Assembly: GCA_043228905.1 (NCBI GenBank)
Contig: JBHGNT010000010.1
Location: 2,356,001-2,420,000, forward strand
Direction: 5' to 3'
Origin: Azolla caroliniana
Taxonomy: Eukaryota; Plantae; Polypodiophyta
DNA: 64,000 bases
Shown: positions 36,933 to 49,200 of the stretch, piece after piece
Layout of the letters: the number at the start of each line of letters is the position of its first letter
Position numbering within the stretch: the stretch's first letter is position 1
Notes under the pieces: model-generated
Seen by the model: only the letters and a program-made list of their open reading frames with translations
The model's database searches: none
What the model was told of the DNA's origin: nothing
Made by a program: the position numbers and the translations under genes

Positions 36933-37481
36933 ACACCGACTCTTATACACAAGAAACAAGGGGGGGAGGGGTTGTGCTCCCGACGCCACCAAATACACCG
37001 ATATGCACAAACAAACACGAATGTATGTATATATATTACAAGGGGAGATACAACTCCGGCTCCGAGTCGGACTGAGGTAGGCTAGGTCACAACAGCAGTC
37101 TACCGTCAAGCTGTCGTCGGGGAGCTCACGGGCTCGTCGCGCCGAGCGAGGTCTTGCAAACCCTAAAACGAAAGAGGGAGAAGACCTTAAGGGAACAAGA
37201 ATAAGATGAAGAGGAAGAACACTACCTAACCCCTAGACCTAAGTGGTATACCCTCCTTACTCAAAATGGGCAACCCCTTCACAAGAGGCGCTCCCTTCGT
37301 TTTATAGAACAAGGAGGGAGATGCGTTACAATGTGGGATAAATCCCTTATTACATGGGATCCTCTGTCCCGACTTAACTCTTATTATTCACACATTTTTA
37401 CAAGGGTAAGTGCACATGGTGCACACCGCCGATTCTCCCGATATTCTCCGATTCCGCCTAGGGACGGTTCTCTCCATGACA

Positions 37482-39569
37482 CCGGCCCCTCTGGTCTTCC
37501 CGGCTCGCATGTCTTCAACCAGAACCTCATAATTCTAGCACGTTCCTTCTATGAAGCTGGTTTTCTCCTCAACCGGATCATACCATCCAGTGACCTCTTG
37601 AACCCGCCCCTCCATGTGGCCCGCCTCTTCCTTCCTTAGCCTCAATCCGGATAGGCCCTCAAGATAGGCCCGCAACATTGTTCTTATGTGCTTCGGCGAA
37701 GTCGACGTTGTCTCTCTTCATGTAGTTGATGTTGTTGTGCCACATGCATCTCTAGTTGATTGGTGGGTGTAGGTCACGTGATTGGCCGCCACCTTCCCTT
37801 CGGGTCTAGGAAATTAGGAGGTGTAGCACCATCTTCGTTAGTTCCTCCAGAGTTGCGCCCTCGGATGGGCCCTTGACCATGTCGGTCGGAACCACGCCAG
37901 ACCCGAGCCACCTTCATCTTTCTTCTGACCTTGTTAGAATTGGTTCCTACGGCTTCTTCCCGATAGTCGGGCCTGCCGCGGATGGCCCCGCATCGTTCCA
38001 TTCATGACATTTGTCAAAACGGCTAAAAACCCTTTTTATCACGGCCCAATCGGCCATGAGCCCTTCATCTATCTCTAATAGGAGACCTACTTTTTCCCGG
38101 TCAAGTGGATCAACCGACTTAATAAATAATAGGACCTTCCTCATATCGATCACAGTCCAGTCCAATGCCGAAAGGTGTGCAAAACGCTTCTCAAACTCCT
38201 GGACAAGCATTGAGGTGTTCCAACCTTTGTGGGGAGCTCGAGCCACTCCATAAATGCCCTCCTCAACAACCGAAGTGAGTCGTCGAAGTTGTACCTCTCG
38301 AGGAGTCGTTCCTCCTGCTCTGACCAGTTTCGGCAATCAGCCTGAATCTCGAGCATCTCTGTGTGGATGCTTGCGTCACTACTCATGGAAATCTGGACAG
38401 TTGTTTGTCCTCCGGTATGTTCCACATTATCATCTCGGCCTAGTAGGCCTCCAAGTACCTGGTCGCGGCCGTTCCATTGAATCAGCCTATTGTGCCGACT
38501 ATCGTTTCGATGGCCCTGTCGAGGTCACCCGCGCTTTCACGAGCATTCACCAGGCGGTCGACAGACACCACCATTGCCTCAACAAGCTCGCTTCCCCTCA
38601 TATTGAACTCCTTTGTCGGCCATGTTTCACATCGGGTTCACCAAAGATGTTCTGATTTCCATGCATGCGGGTTGACACGAGGCGGGACAACTAAGGTCTC
38701 AGATCAAGAAGCTGGTGAGAGAGGAAGGATTGTCGGGATCAGATTCTGGATAGCTTTGTCGGGTTCGCTTCCGGATAGCTTCGCCGAATCGGTGTCTTGC
38801 CGGGTAACACGTATTTGATCCGGACCCGCCTCTGGATGTCGGGTGGTAAGTGCACGACTCAGAGACGTATGATGTTTCGGCCAGTTGCCGTGTAGTAGCA
38901 ACAAGTTCACGGGCTCACACACTCTGATACGCGCACGCGACAGGGATAAGATCATAAGCTCGAAACGCGATGAACATGCAACAATAGAGACGACGGGGAC
39001 ATACCCAAACGCAAGGAGAAACTCAACAAATGATTAACAAAGAAAACAGAAAAGGATTACAATTGGGTGCGGCTTGCAACAGAGCTTCGAGCTCCTAACG
39101 CTCATGCACACGGATGATAGTGAGCCTCCAATCGGGTGCACACGGGCTACCAACGCGAAACGGAGGCCTCACAACACAACACGACGACAGAAACAGAGAT
39201 TAGGAAGGCAAAAGTCTGCAGAGCTCGGTCTAGCAGCACTTCGTCCTCCAAAGTTGTGGACCCCCTCCTCAGTCTCCTCTCCCTCCTTTTATAGTTCAAG
39301 GAGGGAGAGACCGTTACATTAGGCTATTAAGACAATCGCTTTTCTCTCAGATTTTCTCCTCGATTTTCTCCCATCAATCCCTTATTCCTCTCTATACATG
39401 TGATCCATAAAGTACCTATTAACTCTCCTACCTAGTACTTATCAACACTCAACTAATACTATGTTATTTACACATGTTTGTACAAAAGACTATTTCGTGT
39501 GCATCCACACACACCCCTGTTCATGCGCATTCGGCGAGTTTCTCCTAGTAGCCGGAATTTCCCATGATA
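37482..39569 (-). mobile_element. Older related tRNA-Trp Gypsy element: 5' LTR 38648-39569, PBS 38626-38643, decayed gag ~37600-38623, interrupted at 37481
   Basis: PBS TGGTGAACCCGATGTGAA has 1 mismatch. Gag remnant QEFEKRFAHLS...KVLLFIKSVDPLDREKVGLLLEIDEGL. Minus TATA CTATAAAAGG at ~39285-39294. LTR end CCCATGATA resembles CCATGACA/CCACGACA of the sister LTRs. Confidence 0.8.
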
Positions 39570-40370
39570 GGGTCAAAACGGGGATGTGCATGGATGCACA
39601 TAAAAAGAATCTTTGTATAAAAACAAATGTAAATAAGTAGAGTATAATAAGTACGAGAAAATGTGACTTAAATAGGTACTTTTAATATCCCATAAAAAGG
39701 GGGGGAATGAAATGTGTGATGGAGGGAAATCGGGGGAGAGAATCGTTGATAGAAGCGGTTGTCATGAATGCTGATGTAACAGACCCTCCTTAAACTATAA
39801 AAGGAGGGAAGGAATACCGTTTTAGGGGATCCATCATTTTGGAGGAGAAGACGTTGTCGGTTTGTGCTCTGAGTTTTGGGGTTTGTGCTCTACTCATTCG
39901 GTTAGGGAAGGTGAGGTCTCTACTAGCATAGGAAGCTTGTGTGCTCCCGACTAGAGGGTAACATGTGTGTGTGTGTGTGTGCGTGTGCGCGAAGCTCGAG
40001 GTTCTGTCACATGCCGAGTCTGGTTGTATTCTTCTCTATCTATTAATTTATTCTTGGTTTGTTGTATCCGACCCCTTTTCTATTTTGAGCCTACATTCGT
40101 TTCTCTGTTTCTCTCACCAAGAGGGGCCGCTCTCCTCCTCCGTTCAACGATACTCATCATGTTTGAGAGCCCATGTGCTCCGTTTTCTGGAATCTAACAA
40201 TAGTACCAGATCGGGTACAGATTTTACGAGCCCATGCGCTTAGTTAGGAGATCCGACAATCGAGTCGAACGATCATTGCAAGATTTGTGGTTTCTCTCTC
40301 TATCTAGCTCCTTGGTTCAAGGCCTCGGTGCTCCGCCCAATCCGACATGTACACGCGGATTTCCGCGACA
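39570..40370 (+). mobile_element. Related LTR in plus orientation (5'-truncated solo or 3' LTR), head-to-head with the previous LTR
   Basis: 39585-39810 is an imperfect inverted copy of 39280-39515. TATA CTATAAAAGG at ~39795. Ends GACATGTACACGCGGATTTCCGCGACA like the LTR end at 28416. No PBS follows. Confidence 0.75.
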
Positions 40371-40376
40371 CTGGTT

Positions 40377-40488
40377 TAGGGATCAAATTGGTTTGGTTTG
40401 GTTCAAGTTTGAGAACCCCAAAACGGTTTAGGCTTAACCGGTTTGGCCTTATCCGGCTAAGCCTAAACCAAATTGTTGCCAATCCCTA
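40377..40488. mobile_element. hAT-type MITE terminal fragment
   Basis: Ends GTTGCCAATCCCTA (TAGGG-type TIR) with GGTTT/AACC subterminal repeats. Confidence 0.5.
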
Positions 40489-42849
40489 GATCTAGTATAA
40501 AATTTAAAATAAACATAGACCTTACATGCAAAACAACATAAGATTTCACAAGCTTAACTATAATTGAGTGAGAAGATTGGGTATAATGTTTTAGTGTATC
40601 ACAAATTCAAGCAATGGTTGAGATTGTTAGTTCAATACATTGATACAGTACATATGCACCGTGTTGAAGTGAGAAATTTGATCATCTTTAAATATTTGGA
40701 CCTTAGTGTTTGGATTGGCTACTTCAAAAGAAGGCGATTTAGGGTGTAAGCTCGTGCAATAATAAAGTGTCATTGGGTGAATGATGGAAATTATTTTTGG
40801 ACGCTTATTTCAATAACATTGGCAATGTGTTGCATATGACAAAACAACATAAGATTTCACAAGCATAACTATAAAACGTGAATATCATTTAAGGATAGGA
40901 AATGCATACTTAAATTCAAGATTATCACAAGTACATACACATTGAGAGCATTGGGTTTGGTCATATGAACCTAAACTTGCCTATGCTTATGTACATTGGT
41001 TGAATTTGAAGGATCGATAATGAATGTCATAGATTTATCGCTGAGACCATATCAAACTTTTTCAACTCGAGGAGTGCATCTAGAGGCAAGTTGGTGGCAA
41101 AAAACGCCTAATAAACATGTGTTTGGGTGAAAGTTGGCAACTTCCCATGACATGCTCATCTCATTTATTTCTACCTTTCATAAAACATTGCCTCTATATA
41201 AACTATCTACACAAACAAAATGGATTATGCTGCTTCTTGAATGTCTTTATATTGAGGTTATCTCTTGGACATGGAGGGGTTAAATATAAGTGAATGGAAT
41301 AGTTGTTTGCTTCTTCTGCATTATCTAATTAAGTTCCTTGCTTCAGAATACACATTTCGCATTAGTGAGTATGAAGAATAAGAGATTTTGTTTACTCCAA
41401 AGTAACACCTATACATAAGAAATGCATGCTAGTAACATATCAATGAGGGTAATATTATGCAAATCGATAGATATGGGCGCATCATAGATATTTCATTTGA
41501 ACACGGGGTGCTAGAAAACCACATAGTTCTAGACATGACAATAGGTGATAATATTGCGATAATAACATGATTACATGTTATCTATAAGTTGAACGATAGG
41601 ATTGTGACAACCAAATAGTTGCATGATCATTTGTTTTGCAGAATCGAATCATATTATATGATACAATCAAGATAATCAGATCATTGTGTGATAACAAGTA
41701 TGAATAAATAATATCATGATCAATTGCATCAACATGATAGACCCGTGATAATCACATACATATTGTTTTTTAATTATTGTTGTTGCATGTCTAGCAAATC
41801 CTACATGTCATTTTATCCCATTTGATAGTTTGCAAAACAAAAACCTACAAAATATGCGACATAGTCTTCAAGATTATACTTACCTAAATATATGACAATC
41901 TTTTAATACATACTATCATGACAATTATGCAGGAACTCAATAAATGGTTGGTTTCTCCATCTTTTTTAGTATCTATTTAGCACTTTGATCTTTTCCATCT
42001 TTCTAGACTTCAAACATGTGATACTAGTGCATATCATGAATTTCTAGGTTGTTCAATAATATTCGCAAAATATCATGTACGCTCTATGTCCAGTTTGTTT
42101 CATTTCATCTCTAGCATTACATTTTGCTCAAAGAACCCTCTCTCACAAGCAACAATATTGTACGGCAGGAACAAATAGTTTGTCACTATCTCATCAAACT
42201 AGGGAACCTATCATGCCAATCCTTTGGCTTGCAAACCATATGAAAAACTTAATGGATGATCTAACCTCAACAATTCAAGCACAACATATCTATCAGTCGA
42301 TTGAGTTCATCTTGACAAGCATTTGCATTTTGTATTTGTGGAGGGCCTGCATTGATGTCAAGATTTGGTTGTGAACAAAAAAACAAAATCTCCAACCATT
42401 TGCTCCATACATAAAGCATGCATATGTATATGTAATGACATGCATGTTTCCTATTTCCAAGAAGGAGATAAAAGGTACTTACCTCAATGAGGTATAGCAA
42501 CAATTTGACATGGGAGGAGAGTAGACCAACCAACAACAAGGTGGGGGAAGAGTAGAGTAATTGTCATTAAAGGTGGACGAAGAATAGAGTAACCATTTAG
42601 TTGGTTGAGGTGGGAGAAGAGGGAGGGAAAGTTTTATTTTTATTTCATAAAACATATAATGTATTGCAGAGTATAATAGTTTTTGAGGTATCATATATCA
42701 TATGTTTATTAATATATTATGCATCATATATATATATATATATATCATATATGTTTAATGTTATGTGTATAATAGTTTTTTGATATTGATTCAGAACCAT
42801 GGTTTCCCCAATTCAATGAATGAGGCCCCTCATGCAACTGGAGCGGGGA

Positions 42850-43401
42850 ACAATTAGGATGATTGATTCTCCATCCTAGTCGCAAACAAAGTCAACAAAG
42901 TTGAAGCCATTGTGGACCACACTTGCAGGTCAAACAACATGGCGGATATGGAAGCACCGTAGTTGTAGGAGCTTCCAAGGGAAGCTCACCCCATCAACAA
43001 AGGTGGTCATGGAACTTTGGGTTCACCTCATCGCCTTCCTTTGTGGGGCATATGAAGATATTCAAAGCGAAATGAACTTAGCATCCAAGACATGGGCATC
43101 CTTCATCCTGAAATGGAGTGGAACACTGATGTTGTGATTGGAGGGCGCCAATATACAATGGTGTTATCTCCCGCCGAAGTGCCTATTCCCACCAAGGAAT
43201 CCCCCCATGCGGCATCCCCCCATTGTCCATGGACAATAAAAGACCCTTAGTCTTCCCCTCTAAGAAGGACCACTTTAGGCTCCACGTTTTTAGAGCTAAT
43301 CGAAGCCACTGAGCTCTATATGAGGCTTGGCTCTTGTACATATGGTACCTCCTACTGTATTTCTTCATAACTAATGGGTGGCATTTTTTTCGGAAAAAAA
43401 G
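42850..43401 (+). mobile_element. L1 LINE 3' end remnant (ORF2 C-terminus + 3' UTR + A tail)
   Basis: LWTTLAGQTTWRIWKHRSCRSFQG...FILKW...WCYLPP is the typical L1 W-x-IW-x-x-R-x4-F C-terminus. A-run at ~43394-43400. Confidence 0.65.
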
Positions 43402-44481
43402 GTTTTAATACCGCAATAAAAAAATTGTCTTTTGTGTTGACAATCAAGTATTTTTTAATGATAATCTCATATATTTAATTTCTTGCAAGAAGAAAACATG
43501 CAAAGTGGCAAAAACTTGCATGATGGCCATATAAAGAAAAACATTCAGATTCACTTAACGTTCAACCATTATGAATAAATGTGCTTGTTTCCTTGACATT
43601 AATGTGAATCTAGCCTAGCATTATTAGTATGTATATAATAGCTTGAATTTAAACATAATCTATTTTAACTTGTGATATATTTGCTCACATTTGGACATCC
43701 AATCTCCAAGAAACAAAAAATGATGATAGAGCAAATGAGTCGAAAACCATGTCTAAAATAAACTCTGTGTGCGCTTTAGGTATTTAGAGCATGGTATGCA
43801 AGGACTCCACCCTCACTACATTTGACACAATTAACCACCCAAGTCGTGTTTCCCACATACATATCACACTCAAAATGTCTGAAACATTGATTGAGAATCT
43901 AGCAAACCTAGCTTTTGCAGTGTCGGATTCACCACTCGCTCTAATTTACATATGCATAAATAACTATATAAAAGCTCATTATGCTCGTTCACCTAGGGTT
44001 GTTGGTTCATGTGAGTTGTCGGGCACAAGAAATGTGGTAGGATGAGACAAGGAATGCAAAAAATCAAATCACAAAAGTGAGACAAGATGGCACAACCATG
44101 CTTGTGTGATAAAACAATGAATGGGTGATTCACAATTTGATTCCATTCTAGTTGACAAGTGATCCCAAATACCTATTCTCTATTCTCAAGAAATAAGCTA
44201 GGAATGTCAAAAGCTATCGAGATATAACAATCAATTATTATATAGTTCCTTGTTTGCTCTCCAAGAGTGAATAACAAATAATTTTGACCATGCCGAACTT
44301 GGGAAAAATTTGCTAGTGGTACTCTCAACTAGTCACATGAGAGACAAAATAAGATTTACAAGTGTGAATTCTAAAAGGTTAGGGGTGATTTCGATCAGAC
44401 GCACAATGACACGACACAAACAGGCCAGAGAGGCAAAACTAGATTTACAAGTTTGAATACGAAAAGCTTAGGGGTGATTTT

Positions 44482-45101
44482 TGTTAGATATAATCAATGA
44501 TCAACCCCAAGTTGTAAATCTAGCCCCATATGTACTCTTAGAATGCACATTTAGTGAAATGTGCCCTAAATGAGGAGTAGCTATTGTGCAACTCGACCAT
44601 ATGGGTCGATAATGTGTCAATCTAGGAAATCATAGATGCGTAGGACACAATGTATTTAGGAAAGAGCAAAGTAGGCTAATAGGATTGGCTAAACAAGTAA
44701 ACTAGAAGACTATTTTGTGGGCAATGTACTTAGTCTTGAAGTATGTGCTATTAACCTTAAGATAAGTACTATCTAGCACTAGCTTGTATCTAGGGAGTTG
44801 CGTCATATTAAATGACAAGTCAGTTGACAGAAAAGGAATATCTCCACTACTATCAACAGACATGCACATTTAATGTTACACTCAGACCTAATAGAGAATA
44901 TAATCCACTCTCTTACACAGTGGTGTGATGATCATCAATCCCCACTAATTTTGTAGTGAGCTGGTCTAGATCCCATCTAAGCTCTAAGGGAACTACCATT
45001 GTAAGCTACTCTCATATGCAATAGAAGTTTTGTTTTCATATATCCATCTATGTGATTGTAACTCTATATACCTATCTAATCGATTCTCAATATTTCTAAC
45101 A
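44482..45101 (+). mobile_element. Solo LTR (620 bp) upstream of the VIP1/VIH gene
   Basis: TGTTAG...CTAACA termini, near-perfect TSD ATTTT/ATTTA, and colinear with 53016-53654. Confidence 0.9.
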
Positions 45102-45586
45102 ATTTATGCCTATGAAGCCACATAATTCTCAATTTGGCACACATAATCAGGTTTGAGAGACGAGAAATCGGATTGGTCTTTATGAACTTGGGGAAACCTA
45201 GAGAGAAGCCAATTAGAAACGAATATGAAAAATGATCTCTCCGTAACACATTCATTCTTCGCGTATAAAAAAAACAAACACGAAACATTCTCGCAACAAT
45301 CCCTTCCGGGAATAAAAATTTAAAAATCAAAAAAAAAGAAAAAGAAAAGGAGAAAAAGAAAAAGGGCACGAAAAAGCATGTAAAAAGAAAATGGGGGAAA
45401 AAAAACACACTTGATGAAAAAAAAGTTAATAACGAAAAAGAAAATAGAAAAAGGAAGACGAGGATGAAAAGTATTTAATAACGAAAAAGAAAAAGAAAAG
45501 AGAAAAAACAAAACAAAATAAAAATCCACGTGCATCTTCATTACAGTTTTCTTTTCACACACACCAGCAGTGTGCACAGTCCTTGT

Positions 45587-45605
45587 AAATAAATAAATAA
45601 ATGAA

Positions 45606-45636
<31 letters not shown>

Positions 45637-45770
45637 GTAATAATAGCACACAAAACAACACAAAAAAGCGAGGGAGAGAGATCACACCGAAAATATATTT
45701 CTCTTCTTGAATCCTTGCAGAAACCCCTCCATCGCCATCGCCATCGCCATCGCCATCGCCATCGCCATCT
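45587..45770. repeat. (AATA)n and (CCATCG)n simple repeats at the promoter/5' UTR of VIP1/VIH
   Basis: AATA run at 45587-45635; CCATCG x~6 at 45729-45768, followed by a pyrimidine-rich leader. Confidence 0.8.
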
Positions 45771-46250
45771 CCACCTTCTTCGTCCTGCGTGAGCTTTGGT
45801 TGGGAGTCTTCTTCTTTTTGCGTGGATGAGTTTGAAAGCCTTTCCTGCTTTTCTTCTTCCTGCGATTGTAAGCCATCAATATCTTCGTCATCTTCTTCGT
45901 CCAATTTCTTTCTTTGTTTTCCTGTCTTCTTCCTTCCTTCGTCCCTCCCTTCCTTCGTCTACCTGCTTTACAAGCCCCATATCCTCGGCAGTTCATTCTT
46001 TTTTGTTCCTTTCTATTCTATCTATGCGGAACCTTTCGAACACCAATCTTGCCGTTTTCCTGCTCAATGTACGTACTTTCTCCTGCAGATTAATGAGAGA
46101 ATAATTGTAGGAGCTGTCAATATTTTTCTACTTTTGTGAAAGTCTGAGAGAAAATCGTGATCCGTTTCTACCTTTTCTGCAGGTAAAGTGAGATTTGTTG
46201 TCCGAACTGTCAAGCTTTTTCTACTGTTGTAAAAGTCCGAGAGAAAAAAT

Positions 46251-49200
46251 ATGGAGATGAAGGATTCTACTTTGTTTCAAGATGACTCGAGTCATCATTT
46301 TCCAAAGATAGTCGCTGGAGTTTGTGTTATGGAGAAGAAAGTAGGTCTTACAGTTTCTATTCTTTGATTGCTCTAGAAATTTTCCCGTCTATTGGAATCA
46401 TGTAAAAAGTTGTTTAGCCAGTTAACTGGAATGTTATTCCCCACGACATCCTTGTAAATTCTTAAGGTTTACATAGAAGATGACTGAATCCTCCCGTTTT
46501 CTCTTTTTTTCCCCATCCGTCGGTTTTTCTAGAATTTCACTGTTCTATGCTGAATCATAGTAACAAATATTGAAACCCGTTCATGAAATACTATTTTTCA
46601 CGAAAGGCATTGAAACAATGTAAGGATTGTATAAAATATGAAGTTTTGTGTGGAGAAGAAAGCAATTCTTTCTGTGTTGTATAGACAGCTCTATGTTGAA
46701 TTGCACGGAAACTGTTTGAGCCTATTAATTGGAATGTTATCAAAGCAATTCTTACTGTTTTGGATCCTACGACTCTTTTGTGAATCATGTGGAAATTGGT
46801 TAAACTTGTTACTTGAGTGCTATGGCTCATGCAAAAGCCATGCAAAACCTTGAGGACTTTAGGCTAATTATCATTATGCTGAATCATATGAAAACTGGTT
46901 CAGCTTGTTCACTAGAATGCTATTTCACTTGAAAGGCATGCCAACTCTTAAATAGAGTTTGTGTCATGGACAAGGCATACCCACTCTTAAATAGAGTTTG
47001 TTTCATGGACAAGGAAGCAATTCTCACTGTTTCTAACCATATTTTGTTCTAAAAGTATACCATTCTATATTGATTACTGTACCAACTGGTTAATTGTATT
47101 GGTTAAAATGGTACTTATCATGAAACGTTTGTAAATTCTTAATTACTGTATAAAAGTTGGGGTGCATTTTCATAATTCTATCATTCTATGCAGGTGCATA
47201 TTCATAATTTCCTAACCGTTGCTTGTTCTAGAATTTAATCATTTTATGCTGCATCACATGAACTGTTTTCAGCTGAGTAATGTTAAAACTGATCAAGCCT
47301 GTTCTTTGAAATGCCAGTTTTGATGATATACATGTACCACTTAAGCCTATTAATTGAAATGTTACTTCTCACGAATGACCTGTAAATTTGAAGTATTGTA
47401 CAGTAGTTGAGTTCATATTCATAATTTTATCCTTCGATGTTTGAATTTACCTTCTATGTTGATGGATATTATTGTTTCAATGAAAGGCAATGTGATTTTT
47501 TAAAAATTGTATAAAATGTGGAGTTTTTGTGGTGATGAAGAAATTAAGTCTTACTGTGTTTTGTTTTCCATCCATTGCTTGTTCTAAAATTACTTTTCTA
47601 TGCTGAATCATGTGAAAATTGTTAAGCCTGTTGATCTAGAACATTATTTATCATTAAAAACAGATAAATTGTAAAAGATTAAAAGGGGGCTGAATCTGTC
47701 TTATAATGACATCAATTTTCCCTTCATGTGTTTCTGAATAGCTGAAATTGTATGGTGGTTAATCCTGTTAACTGAATGGTATTTCTTATGAGAGGCATGT
47801 AAATTCCAAAAGGTTGTATAAGAGATTACTGAATCCTTCTTGTAATGGGGAAATGCTCCCTATCTGCATTTGGGAATAGGGAAATTATGCATATAGTTTG
47901 CTAAATCCTTTTGTAATGGAACAAATCATGCAAAAATAGCTAAGCCTGTTACCTGGAGTGCCATTCTCATGGAAGGCATGTAATCTCTTAGAAAATTCTA
48001 TATTCATTGGAGTTTGTGCTATGAAGAAGAATGAAAGTGTTATTGTTGTCTAGTTTTCAATCCATTGTTTGCTCTAGAATTTCACTGTTGTCTGCATTTT
48101 ATAGGATTCACACTAACATAACCTTTGGTCTTGTAGGTCACTTTGGCCTCACAAAGGCTTTAATATAACATTTCATTTCTGCTAAATCATGTGAAACATG
48201 GCTAAGCTTGGTAATTGGAATGCTGTTTCTCATGAAAGACATTTAAAAGATTAAGACATGTCAAAAAGATAGGTTAGTCCTTTCATATGTGTTTGTAAAT
48301 TAAGGACATTTTGGCCTCTTAAAAGATGTTAATATATCTTGCTGCTTCTCTTCCTTTCTTTCGTCAGAGGCTTGTAGGTTCATAAGGACTGTATAAGCGA
48401 GGGATGTCTTATTCTTTTTAGTGTAAAAAATAACTCAACTTGCAAAATTTGTGTGGATCCTTTAGTTACTCACACCATTATGCCTATCTGTGTTCCTTTT
48501 TATGGAATTTCTATCGTGACTTTAATGTAGCTTACATTTTTCAATGTGCACAGGCACGTTCTCCGCCGATGACTCAGATTCTGGACAGGCTACGAGCTTT
48601 TGGTGAATTTGAGGTGAAATACTCTTAACAGCATAGCTAACATACTTAAGAGTATGTTAGCACCTACTTAACCACTTAACGATTATTGATTAATCATGGA
48701 TCCAGGATTATAGTTTCATACAGTAGAAGTCACTACATTACTGGTGTTGTTTTGAGGTGAAATACTCTTAACAGCATGGTTTTCTTGTAGATAGAATATT
48801 CACTATATGTTATACCAAAAAAGTAGCAAGCTAGAACATGGGTCAGCCACAAAATAATTATCGTTTAATCACAGACTTAGGATTACCAGAATTATAGCTT
48901 CAAACTGTAGAAGTTGCTGCGTTAATTTCTGAATTGTTTGGCAACTTTTGTCTTTTTCTAGATTTCAGAGCTAGTGAAATTTAATACAGTATGTAAATTT
49001 TATGCGAAATATTCTAAAACAATGAATTTAAGTTGTGTGCCTTGCATTAGGGCATATATATTAGATATTCTTGTGCATATATTGCCTCAAAGTATGAGTA
49101 ATATAGGACATTGACACCCCACTGGAGTAAAAGTATTTTTATTTGAATATGCTATGATCATGCATATGCAAATTGGTGGAACTCTTGATTATAATAACTT

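Larger units (their letters stand above)
32075..37481 (-). mobile_element. Non-autonomous Gypsy-type LTR element primed by tRNA-Trp: 3' LTR 32075-32866, 5' LTR 36781-37481, gag but no recognisable RT
   Basis: Near-identical direct repeats; the right copy has internal deletions and the left copy lacks ~40 bp at its U5 end. PPT GGTGGGGGCGGA (minus) at 32867-32878. PBS at 36759-36776. GC-rich internal region with repeats at ~33900-34560. Confidence 0.88.

Noticed and set aside
45320-45996. ORFs of 194 aa and 104 aa on the minus strand
   Set aside because: They translate simple repeats (GDGDGD, IYLFIYLF, poly-F) antisense to the VIH promoter and 5' UTR; there is no domain signal.
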